Shown: positions 33,024 to 41,410 of the stretch, in pieces
Layout: the number at the start of each line of letters is the position of its first letter
Numbering within the stretch: the stretch's first letter is position 1
Origin: Candidatus Woesearchaeota archaeon
GTDB lineage: Archaea > Nanobdellota > Nanobdellia > Woesearchaeales > JAFGLG01
Assembly (NCBI GenBank): GCA_016928155.1
Contig: JAFGLG010000005.1
Span: 128,340-192,339 of the forward strand
Length of the DNA stretch: 64,000 bases
Direction: 5' to 3'
Program-made: the position numbers and the translations under genes
The notes under the pieces: generated by a model
The model's input: the letters and a program-made list of their open reading frames with translations, nothing else
What the model was told of the DNA's origin: nothing
The model's database searches: none

Positions 33024-33545
33024 TTAATTTTGGCTTTCTAATATCTGTTTAGCTTTGTTGACAAACATGATTGACTTAATCCTTAATTGCTCAACCAAAG
33101 ATTTGTCAAACACGTATCTTGTTGAGTATGTTGCCTCTTCTCGCTTTAATTTTGACTGCACATAAAATAAAAGATCATGATAATCAAAGAATAGACTGTT
33201 TATCAGAGCTATGTCCTCTGCATCAATTCCCTGGTTATGATATTCCTTAATCAACACACAGAGAGTGGCATCATGACTCTTGGTCCTGTAACCTTTCTTG
33301 CTCAGGAGCGCCATGGCTGCCTGATATGCTGCATAATAGCAACCTACAACACACCAGTCATGATAACCTAACTTCAGGTTGTCTTTAATGAATCTCAGAT
33401 TATGCTCTGCCTTGGCTTGATGACCTTTGATGAGAGCTTTATCTTCTGGCTGCATGACCAAGATATTCTTCCTTTGGTAAGTCCTAATTTTATTTTCCAA
33501 CAGTTTAGGATCATCTATCATCTTATTGAAGTCAAACAGCTTCAT
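33024..33545 (-). CDS. HEPN domain protein
   Basis: KAEHNL, DWCVVGCYYAAY, SHDAT, KREEATY; overlaps the MNT stop. Confidence 0.85.
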   Translation of the reverse strand: MKLFDFNKMIDDPKLLENKIRTYQRKNILVMQPEDKALIKGHQAKAEHNLRFIKDNLKLGYHDWCVVGCYYAAYQAAMALLSKKGYRTKSHDATLCVLIKEYHNQGIDAEDIALINSLFFDYHDLLFYVQSKLKREEATYSTRYVFDKSLVEQLRIKSIMFVNKAKQILESQN

Positions 33546-34125
33546 TATAATAAACCTCATAGAAGAACACATGATTCGTTATCGGGTAACCTGTGTTAAG
33601 GGCAGACTGCACAACATAATCCTGCTTCATCCTCAGTTCTGTCTTGAAATCAAGAAAAGTCATCTGGAAAACATTGATCCTTATGGCAGTCTGCGACTCG
33701 GCATATCTTTCTGCATTGCCTGTGTCCATTTTTTTATTAGTAATCAACAATAAATCAATATCAGAATCTTCGGTGTAGGTCCCTTTTGCAGTGGAACCGA
33801 ACAGGAATGCTATGACCGGCTTCTCAGTGAGCTTGTCAAGAAAACATGCTATTGCATTCTTCCTTATGCTTGGTAGCATGCTTAACCTCTCGACATCAAA
33901 CAGGGTGAATAATGCAAAGGTCTTGAGATTTTTCTTTGATGAATATTTCTTGAGATTTGCATCCTTTCTTGATGTGAGAAATCCCTCTTTCTCCAACTGG
34001 TTGAGGAATCTTGATGCGCTGTTCTCATTCAATCCTGTCCTTCTAGCAATCTCTCTCAGATGAAAGCTCTTATCCGTATTCCTGTAAAAGAGATACATAA
34101 TCTTTGAGGTCCCTATTGTTTTCAT
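33532..34125 (-). CDS. HTH-MNT antitoxin
   Basis: HLREIARRTGLN HTH; FGSTAKG...SDIDLL. Confidence 0.88.
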   Translation of the reverse strand: MKTIGTSKIMYLFYRNTDKSFHLREIARRTGLNENSASRFLNQLEKEGFLTSRKDANLKKYSSKKNLKTFALFTLFDVERLSMLPSIRKNAIACFLDKLTEKPVIAFLFGSTAKGTYTEDSDIDLLLITNKKMDTGNAERYAESQTAIRINVFQMTFLDFKTELRMKQDYVVQSALNTGYPITNHVFFYEVYYNEAV

Positions 34126-34137
34126 TTTTTAAACGAT

Positions 34138-34156
34138 TGTTTAAATATTTTAAACA
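34138..34156. promoter_or_regulatory. Palindrome TGTTTAAA-N3-TTTAAACA upstream of HTH-MNT (candidate autoregulatory operator)
   Basis: Perfect 8-bp arms just upstream of the start codon; AT-rich context weakens significance. Confidence 0.35.
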
Positions 34157-34357
34157 TTTATATATTTTATTGTTTCTATCTGGGATACGAAGCTTAATAA
34201 GATTATATGAGAAAAATCCGAAAATTATCCGAAATGTTGATATTAATTAAATTAGTATATTATTGTGGATTTCTTATACCCCTATTTATAAATGTTTTAG
34301 TTACTTGTTAGTGATTAACAGCGAAAACTATAAATACCTGAGAGTCTTAAAAGCAGT

Positions 34358-34933
34358 ATGCTTGAATCATATCTGAACCAAGAATGCAACAGGAGAGGTT
34401 TTCTGACTGGACTAGCTAAACTTGCAGGCGGAGCAGCAATTGCAGCAACAGGACTGGATCTGCTAGCATCAGAAGCAGAGGCTGGAGAAAATTATTTTGG
34501 AACAAAAAGACCAGATCAAGAGTTATATGATATAATCAGTAACCTCAATCCAGAAAGGATGGAACAATTGAATGAACAGCAGAAATATAATCAAGTAGTT
34601 ACCGAGCTCAAAGCTCCTCTTGAAAAGGCATTGAGATATGATTTGCAAAGCCTAGGAACATCAGAGAAGAAGAAACTTGCATATGCATTCAATAGTTATG
34701 GTATTGGAAAGAATGCAAGTTTGAATACAACAAAATTCAAATATGGAAATGAATTTATAATTGCCACTATCCTAAGTCCGGAGGTAAGCACTTTTTGGTA
34801 CAGCCTCGCAGGGTATTACATGGCATCTGGAGACAATAAATCTGCAGTACCTTGCCTTAAGAAATTTGTTTCTCTTGAACCAAATGATAAAAGAACGCCA
34901 AGAATTCTAGATTGGATAGAAAAAAATTCATAA
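34358..34933 (+). CDS. Twin-arginine-signal protein with C-terminal TPR-like helices
   Basis: NRRGFL + hydrophobic stretch + AEA; PEVSTFWYSLAGYY...LKKFVSLEP. Confidence 0.7.
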   Translation: MLESYLNQECNRRGFLTGLAKLAGGAAIAATGLDLLASEAEAGENYFGTKRPDQELYDIISNLNPERMEQLNEQQKYNQVVTELKAPLEKALRYDLQSLGTSEKKKLAYAFNSYGIGKNASLNTTKFKYGNEFIIATILSPEVSTFWYSLAGYYMASGDNKSAVPCLKKFVSLEPNDKRTPRILDWIEKNS

Positions 34934-34985
34934 AAATCAGGTTTTCTTAATAATATTTTTAAATAAAAGCTGTCCAATAGCACAT

Positions 34986-37049
34986 ATGATCTGTAAAAAA
35001 GGGGTAATAGTACTAATTATTGTTCTATTACTATGTATAATAATCCATGCACAGGAACCTTGTAATCCAGCATTTGAGGATTGTCCAGATGAAGATGTCG
35101 ATTACGAATCTGAAGACACATGGCAGGATCCGAATAATTATGGAGCAGCTACTTCTTCTCAAGTAGGGTATGCACTTCAGAATGGATGGATAAGTGCAGG
35201 CAATATCCAGCACCTGACAGTTGATCAACTCAGAGCTAATCTTAATAATCTTGATGCACCACATATTAATGGACTCACACAGACTCAGATAATGGGTTTC
35301 ACAGGACCAGAAGTCTCAAACATCTACTATAGCATGCAAACAAACAGATACCAAGAGCTAACATCACCACAACTCACCCACCTCATGGACAATGGAATGA
35401 TATTCAACAACCCATCCGGCTTCAACCCACAGGATTACAATGCAAATGCCTTGAATTCAGCATGGCAGCAGCACTACAATAATCCTGGACTCTATGTGAA
35501 TGTAGGCACAGCAGGGAACGTGGGAATGACAAGGACAGCAACCCAGACAGGGAATCATGATGTGATGAATATCGATGGCAACACAATATACCTGGACACA
35601 TTCAATCTCTATGATCACAGCATCAGCTCAGCAGGCAGCCAATGGATCATAATAGATGATGTCATGTTCAAGAATGTAAAGAACCTGATGAGAAGCGACA
35701 GGAACTGCAACAATGACAACTGCCTGAATGCAGACAGCGCAGAAGAGATAAGGATACCGAATGCGAGAGGCAGGGCAGAGGCACAGGTCTCCAAGGATAT
35801 CACAATAGACTCAGACCATGAATACTATCTCAGCGAAGTGCAGCTCTTGGATGACAATGGCATCGTGCTGAAAGATGGGAAAGAGATCACATCCGCAAAC
35901 ACGCTGTTCTTTGCAGGAGAGAGCTCAAGCTTTGATGTGCTCTCAATATCCAGCGTGAGGAACTTTAATACAACCTACCTATATGATACCGCATTCCTCA
36001 CAGACCTGGGGGGCCTCATAACAACAGACCAGGACATCCTCCCGAGTGTCAGGGATTTTGAGTATTATTTCGGAGAAGACATAGATGGCGAAAGATATGA
36101 CATGGTATGCAACAAAGACAACAACCAAATCCTGCTGCATAACCATCTTCCAGGAAGCGGTAGAGAGATCCTCATCGACTGCGATAAGGATGGGGTGATC
36201 AATGCATCCCTAAGCGAACAGGAAACAAACCTGATGATAGATGAAAAATCCACCATCACGATAAAGACAGACAATACAAGAAAGATAGAGTTCAATCCGA
36301 ACAAGACAATACCCAATCTAAGCAGTGTGATGAGAATAATAGCAGCGCCCACACCTAATTACTATTTCCTGAATGGGATCATGAAATATCAGAACAACAA
36401 CATCAAGGAAGAGATAAATGTGGGAGATGCCCTGAATTCAGTAGAGATTGACCTCAACTTTGGATTCAAGTGCATGCAGCTGAGCAGGAATGCAATTTAC
36501 TATTATTATGGGGATGATTACAGCACATTTTCCATAAGGAATCCATCTTACAATCCAGAAGAGCATTACTCAATCTGCCTCAAGAAAGCAGATGGAGACC
36601 TGCTTGGAGGAGAATCACAGGTCGATTTCCTGCAGAAACAGATGTTCTTCAAGGGCTATGCCGAGGCAAACAAGTTCGTGTTCGCGCCCAGCAAAGAGAT
36701 AATCTCGCATCTTCTGCTCCCCATCTACCAGGGGTATTCAGATAACAGGATAGGCATGCAGTTCGACAATGAGCTCCACTTCGTGGAGAACAGCTATGCG
36801 ACAGGAGAGAGGACATCCAATTCCAGCATGATAAACTCAGGTTATTTCACAATATTCGAGAGAGACCATAGGTATGTGAGAGTGAATCAGGCGCCTTACT
36901 CATCAGCTATAAAGAGCTACAGCGCAAGCTATGATGACTCACAGATAATCATTGGATATGACCTGATCCAATACAAGGACAATTATGTCAGGGTCATAAG
37001 AGAAGATAACAACAAACAACAATATGAGAGATGGCTGGCAGATGGATAG
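34986..37049 (+). CDS. Large secreted/surface protein
   Basis: Signal peptide; Asn/Asp-rich; short LT..QL repeats near the N-terminus. Confidence 0.75.
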   Translation: MICKKGVIVLIIVLLLCIIIHAQEPCNPAFEDCPDEDVDYESEDTWQDPNNYGAATSSQVGYALQNGWISAGNIQHLTVDQLRANLNNLDAPHINGLTQTQIMGFTGPEVSNIYYSMQTNRYQELTSPQLTHLMDNGMIFNNPSGFNPQDYNANALNSAWQQHYNNPGLYVNVGTAGNVGMTRTATQTGNHDVMNIDGNTIYLDTFNLYDHSISSAGSQWIIIDDVMFKNVKNLMRSDRNCNNDNCLNADSAEEIRIPNARGRAEAQVSKDITIDSDHEYYLSEVQLLDDNGIVLKDGKEITSANTLFFAGESSSFDVLSISSVRNFNTTYLYDTAFLTDLGGLITTDQDILPSVRDFEYYFGEDIDGERYDMVCNKDNNQILLHNHLPGSGREILIDCDKDGVINASLSEQETNLMIDEKSTITIKTDNTRKIEFNPNKTIPNLSSVMRIIAAPTPNYYFLNGIMKYQNNNIKEEINVGDALNSVEIDLNFGFKCMQLSRNAIYYYYGDDYSTFSIRNPSYNPEEHYSICLKKADGDLLGGESQVDFLQKQMFFKGYAEANKFVFAPSKEIISHLLLPIYQGYSDNRIGMQFDNELHFVENSYATGERTSNSSMINSGYFTIFERDHRYVRVNQAPYSSAIKSYSASYDDSQIIIGYDLIQYKDNYVRVIREDNNKQQYERWLADG

Positions 37050-37761
37050 GAAGGGACAGATAACAATATGGATGATATTCGGAATTGTCATTATAGCAGT
37101 GCTCGCAATAACCATCTTCCTATGGGGCATGAGAGAATTCGGGGACAAACCAGAGCTGAACAGGTATGAGATACAATTGTTCACAGAGAGATGCCTCAAG
37201 GATACAGGAGAAAGCGCCCTCAAGAAGATCGGACTGCAAGGGACATATCTCCACCCGACAGATCATGTGGAGACAGAGTTCGGAAAAGTCGGGTACCTGT
37301 CAAGAAACGGAGAGAATGTCAACAGGACCTTGATCAATATCGAGCGTGACATCGCAGAGCATGTCATTGAGAACTTCGATATCTGCACTGGAAATTATTC
37401 TGTGTTCAAGCAGAAAGGACTGAAGATAAAGCAAGGAGATAAATATCTATCAGTCGGATTCGGCGAATATGCGACAATATTCACACTCAACTATCCAGTA
37501 TCATTCATCCTCGCAAATTCTACTTTCAGCTTTGAGAGATTCGAGACAGAAGTGCCGATAAGGTTCAAAACACTGTTCAGCTATGCCCTTGGAGTCAAGG
37601 ATCCAGACCTTATAGACATGACATATCTCGGCGACCTTGATGTCAACACCACAGTCCTTGATTACAACACATCAAAAGTGTATGTCTTTGATGATTCCTT
37701 ATCAGAGATAAGATCAGAAGAGAGGCTGAAGAGCTATAAGCTGGCGTTTGCTGTGAAGTAA
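37042..37761 (+). CDS. Class III signal-peptide (pilin-like) protein
   Basis: MDRKG|QITIWMIFGIVIIAVL; CL...ALKKIGLQG. Confidence 0.75.
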   Translation: MDRKGQITIWMIFGIVIIAVLAITIFLWGMREFGDKPELNRYEIQLFTERCLKDTGESALKKIGLQGTYLHPTDHVETEFGKVGYLSRNGENVNRTLINIERDIAEHVIENFDICTGNYSVFKQKGLKIKQGDKYLSVGFGEYATIFTLNYPVSFILANSTFSFERFETEVPIRFKTLFSYALGVKDPDLIDMTYLGDLDVNTTVLDYNTSKVYVFDDSLSEIRSEERLKSYKLAFAVK

Positions 37762-37960
37762 GAAGATTTGAATATTTCATATTTGTCATCGAAAAATATC
37801 TGATTCTATTGAAAATAAACTTGTTTTTTTCTGGAAAGAGATATTAAACTATATCTTCTTATAAAATAAAGAAAAAACCATGGTGGCTTGCACCTTGGTG
37901 AAATCCTCCGATTGAAAAAGAAAAGCAAAGATATTATTTAATGCTTTCGGTTTAGGCAAT

Positions 37961-38074
37961 GGCGTGGTGGCTCAACCTGGTACAGCGCCAGGCTGAAGCC
38001 CTGGTGAGATCCTCCGATCTCATGCGGGTTCAAATACTCTTGACCCCTTGAGTTTGGAAATCCCGCCCGCGCCG
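37961..38074 (+). tRNA. Intron-containing type II tRNA: Ser-like body with GAA anticodon
   Basis: Acceptor GGCGTGG/CCGCGCC + G73; anticodon arm CCAGG-CTGAAGC-CCTGG; variable arm TGAGATC-CTCC-GATCTCA; T stem GCGGG/CCCGC with a 26-nt intron at 38035-38060; TTTAAT box about 23 nt upstream. Confidence 0.88.
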
Positions 38075-38082
38075 CCTAAAAC

Positions 38083-38826
38083 CTAATCCTCAGATATGCT
38101 CCACATCTGGTCAAAATATCTCTTGAAGTTGACAGCAATCTCTTTTGACTGGATAACAACACCTATCATGCCAGTGAAAGAGATGATAGCGACCTTATCA
38201 GCATAGACATAGGTTGTTGTGGGGAAGAAGCCGAACTGCTTGGGAAGAAAACGTCTTTCCTGGAGAGGAAAGATCTCCTTGCCCCGCGCATTCTGATAAT
38301 ATATTGACTTGACCTTGACACCCTTCCCATCCCTTCTCCTGGTCCAGTCAGTGATCCAGTGCTTCAGTATCTCTCTCATGATGCCTGTTGTTCCAAGACC
38401 ATACATGTATTCTCCAGGCTTCAGGGTCTCGATCATATCTTCATAGATAGAGATTATGCCGCGCTTTCCCTTGAAGTGATGCACCTCCTGCTTCTCAGTG
38501 CCCATCTGATACTTCAGCTCAAGCTGAGGAAAAATCTCATCGAACTGCTCAATCTCTTTTCTCTTTCTTTCTGCGATTCGCTTGAGATTCTCAGGTGAGG
38601 CCACTTCAAAATATTTCTTCTCAGCTTTGGAGGAGGTGCTCACAAGGCCCTTTTCCATCAATCTCTCAAGAGTATCATAGACATTGACCCTGTGAACGCC
38701 TGATTTCTGTGCAACTAAACCGGCAGAAGCGCTCCGCATCTCCAGAAGTGCAATATAGACCTTTGCCTCATTCTGGCTGAGACCAAGGGTCTCTATGTTC
38801 CTAAGTAATCCAGGCTCAAACGGCAT
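38083..38826 (-). CDS. TrmB family transcriptional regulator
   Basis: LGLSQNEAKVYIALL...VAQKSGVHRVNVYDTLERLMEKGLV wHTH; C-terminal effector domain ...YADKVAI...YFDQMW. Confidence 0.9.
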   Translation of the reverse strand: MPFEPGLLRNIETLGLSQNEAKVYIALLEMRSASAGLVAQKSGVHRVNVYDTLERLMEKGLVSTSSKAEKKYFEVASPENLKRIAERKRKEIEQFDEIFPQLELKYQMGTEKQEVHHFKGKRGIISIYEDMIETLKPGEYMYGLGTTGIMREILKHWITDWTRRRDGKGVKVKSIYYQNARGKEIFPLQERRFLPKQFGFFPTTTYVYADKVAIISFTGMIGVVIQSKEIAVNFKRYFDQMWSISED

Positions 38827-38866
38827 AATATAGGGTATATAAAGCTTTTATTTAAATATTTCTAAT

Positions 38867-38888
38867 TGTAGTATTGATATATACTACA
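38867..38888. promoter_or_regulatory. Palindromic operator TGTAGTAT-N6-ATACTACA
   Basis: Perfect 8-bp arms between divergent TATA-like boxes of the TrmB gene and the downstream operon. Confidence 0.55.
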
Positions 38889-38948
38889 TTTATTTATATA
38901 TTTGGACCGGTATAATTATCACTGTAAAGTCATTAAGAGGTGACAAAA

Positions 38949-39089
38949 GTGAAACAGAATGAGATCCAAATGGCAATCAAGATCGCAGTGCTCGGAAAGA
39001 AGTCAAAGACATACACTGTGGAGACTGAAAAAGGAAAATGCCAGGAGAGCGGCGGGATGAGCAGCTGGGGCGTAATGATGATGAGGTAA
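38949..39089 (+). CDS. Micro-ORF (46 aa, GTG start)
   Basis: GAGGTGA SD; MKQNEIQMAIKIAVLGKKSKTYTVETEKGKCQESGGMSSWGVMMMR. Confidence 0.55.
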   Translation: MKQNEIQMAIKIAVLGKKSKTYTVETEKGKCQESGGMSSWGVMMMR

Positions 39090-39093
39090 AAAT

Positions 39094-39210
39094 ATGATAA
39101 TCCTAAATGAAGATGACATAAGGACATTGAGGGAGCAAGGTTTCCTCAGCATAGAGCGACCAGAGGGAAAGCTTGTGCTCTATCATGAGACATCGATGGA
39201 GATAATGTGA
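39094..39210 (+). CDS. Micro-ORF (38 aa)
   Basis: GAGGT SD within the upstream ORF end; MIILNEDDIRTLREQGFLSIERPEGKLVLYHETSMEIM; tight spacing on both sides. Confidence 0.55.
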   Translation: MIILNEDDIRTLREQGFLSIERPEGKLVLYHETSMEIM

Positions 39211-39219
39211 GGTGATAAG

Positions 39220-39570
39220 ATGAAACCTACACTTATGGAACTGGAAGCGGATCTTGATAAAATCATGGGAGGCAAAGAGCCAGATGGGATTCCTATTGGG
39301 TTGGGCTCCTGTCAAGGAACCTTAGAAATGCAATTGCTGATAAGACCTTACTTGAGACTCTTAAAGGATGAGAAGGGCATCACAATACCTGAAGCAATCA
39401 CCATGGCACTCGAAAGATACAAAGGGAGCCTGCCATTGGTTGATGGGATATACTTTGCATGGGGCACCTACAGGAACCCAGAAGAGGAAAATCAAGCGAT
39501 GGCTGGTGTTGAATCACAGATCTTGACAACGTATAAAGAGTTAGGCATAGAATTCAATTCAATAAAATAG
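39220..39570 (+). CDS. Hypothetical protein
   Basis: GAGGTGA SD; 116 aa. Confidence 0.65.
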   Translation: MKPTLMELEADLDKIMGGKEPDGIPIGLGSCQGTLEMQLLIRPYLRLLKDEKGITIPEAITMALERYKGSLPLVDGIYFAWGTYRNPEEENQAMAGVESQILTTYKELGIEFNSIK

Positions 39571-39616
39571 ACATGCTACCACAAACTAAATAAACAAATC
39601 ATGGGGTTGATTAAAT

Positions 39617-41134
39617 ATGGAAGACGAATGGATGCTTGCAGAAGAAATTCCTGATATAGATTTCTTTTTCTCGCAGATATGGCTGAGCGCTTTTGTGAAT
39701 GATATGGAAAAAAGCGTTGGAACAAATTATGAGAAGATACTCTGTGTGTACAGGGGATTCAACCTGACATTCTATTACGGCAAAGATGATTCAAAGAGAT
39801 TTGCACAGCATGTCATAGATCTCATCAAGAAAGACAGGAAGTTTGGGCACAGGATAAATGACCAGATCTATAAGTTATCTGATAAACTTGCCACCTTCAG
39901 CAAGATGATTTATGATGCAGACCTTGGGAAGATGGACAACAATGAGCTGCTCAGACTGTTCAAGACACATGATGAGATGCATACTGAGCTGTATCAATGG
40001 GGATGGCTGCCAAATTCAATAGACATGTTCCATCCATTGTACACGGAGCTGCTGCTTTCCTATCTTGAGAAGAAGACAGGATCAAAAGAGGGAGCTAACA
40101 AGGCGTTGATAGCACTTACGCAGCCGCAGAAGAATTCCATACTTGCTGATATCGACGATGAGCTGCTGGAGATCGGTGCTGAGATAGAGAAGGACCAGAG
40201 CCAGACAGAGGTCTTCAAGAATAATAGCGCTAAGGCGATAAAGCAGAAGCTCAAGAAAGAGTTCCTGCAGAAGCTTGAGGATTATTGGCAGAAATACATG
40301 TATCTAGGTTATATGTGGTTAGGAATAGGGAAACAACTAGATGTGGAGGATTATATACAGACGCTGAAGGATTTTGTGGGCAAGGGTGTGAAGCTGACTG
40401 AGCAGGCAAAAGAGAACAAGAGGAGAGTTCTTGAAGATAACAAGAGAAGGAAAGAGGTGCTGAATGAATTGAAGATAGATGATGATCATAAAAACTTATT
40501 CGACCTCTGGGGAGATTTCATGCTGACGAAGATATACAGGAGGAATGCCCAGATCAAATCATTCTTCTATTTTGACAAACTTCAGAAGGAGATAGCAAAA
40601 AGGATAGGCGTGATACAAGAGCACCTGAGATTCATGCAGCCGGATGAGGTTGAGAATGCCTTGCATGGCGGTGAAGTGTATGTTGAGCTGCTCAACAAGA
40701 GGATGGAGTTCAGCGTCTACTATGCAGAGAAAGGATATGATGAATTTGTGACAGGAGAGGCTGCAAGAGAGCTGGCAAAAGCAGCAGAATCAGAAGTTGA
40801 TAAGGATGTGACTGAAGTGACAGGCCAGGTCGCTTGCTTGGGGAAAGCAAAAGGCAGAGTGAAGATCATAATCAGGGCAAGCGATATGCATAAATTCGAG
40901 CAGGGTGACATCCTGGTGAGCATTGCGACAGATCCTGATGTTGTTCCAGCGATGAAGAAGGCAGCAGCAATAGTCACAGAGCAGGGAGGAGTCACTTCGC
41001 ATGCAGCAATCGTGTCGCGTGAGTTAGGCACACCTTGCGTGATTGGCACAAAGATCGCAACCAAGGTCTTCAAGGATGGGGATCTTGTTGAAGTAGATGC
41101 AGAGAAAGGGATTGTGAGGAAAATCAGTAAATAA
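39617..41134 (+). CDS. PEP-utilizer mobile (phospho-His) domain protein without ATP-grasp domain
   Basis: C-terminal GDILV...TDPD...AAAIVTEQGGVTSHAAIVSRELGTPCVIG...GDLVEVDAEKG; N-terminal ~390 aa predicted helical. Confidence 0.85.
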   Translation: MEDEWMLAEEIPDIDFFFSQIWLSAFVNDMEKSVGTNYEKILCVYRGFNLTFYYGKDDSKRFAQHVIDLIKKDRKFGHRINDQIYKLSDKLATFSKMIYDADLGKMDNNELLRLFKTHDEMHTELYQWGWLPNSIDMFHPLYTELLLSYLEKKTGSKEGANKALIALTQPQKNSILADIDDELLEIGAEIEKDQSQTEVFKNNSAKAIKQKLKKEFLQKLEDYWQKYMYLGYMWLGIGKQLDVEDYIQTLKDFVGKGVKLTEQAKENKRRVLEDNKRRKEVLNELKIDDDHKNLFDLWGDFMLTKIYRRNAQIKSFFYFDKLQKEIAKRIGVIQEHLRFMQPDEVENALHGGEVYVELLNKRMEFSVYYAEKGYDEFVTGEAARELAKAAESEVDKDVTEVTGQVACLGKAKGRVKIIIRASDMHKFEQGDILVSIATDPDVVPAMKKAAAIVTEQGGVTSHAAIVSRELGTPCVIGTKIATKVFKDGDLVEVDAEKGIVRKISK

Positions 41135-41278
41135 GATATTATTTTTCTGAAAATTCTTTATTATTGGTCTGCATTCTCGGAAATTTCACGATTTATTCTC
41201 TTTTTTTCCGGTTTCTTCGGAAGGAACACTGGACAAGTTGACGATGGGCATATTAAGATATTCAGATATAGATATAAT

Positions 41279-41392
41279 GCCGTCGGTCCGGAGCCGACGG
41301 TTGCCCACACTGCAATGAACTAAGAGTGGAACTGATGGTTGCTGGGAAGGCCATTAAGTGATGAGACTCTGTTATGATGAGCAGTGTGGGCA
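41279..41392 (+). ncRNA. Putative structured ncRNA with two kink-turns (box C/D-like)
   Basis: 5' hairpin GCCGTCGG/CCGACGGT; 12-bp stem TGCCCACACTGC/GCAGTGTGGGCA; CTGA, GTGATGA and ATGATGA motifs; TATTAA about 25 nt upstream; GC-richer than flanks. Confidence 0.7.
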
Positions 41393-41410
41393 CTTCCTAG
41401 TTTAAATATT

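Noticed and set aside
37961-38074. tRNA-Sec or tRNA-Ser(TGA/GCT) reading of the odd tRNA
   Set aside because: The only good 5-bp anticodon stem centres GAA. TCA appears only on the strand lacking D/T consensus, and the acceptor/T stems are 7/5, not Sec-type.
34126-38074. Integrated element ending at the tRNA (provirus or island)
   Set aside because: No integrase, no duplicated tRNA 3' end and no viral hallmark genes seen.
39094-39570. Readthrough fusion of the 38-aa and 116-aa ORFs (same frame)
   Set aside because: TGAGGTGA is the ordinary stop-plus-SD overlap, also seen at 45927; same frame is a one-in-three coincidence.
41279-41392. SECIS element, 5S rRNA or RNase P RNA
   Set aside because: No selenoprotein-like ORF nearby, it appears to have its own TATA box, and conserved 5S and RNase P sequence blocks are absent.
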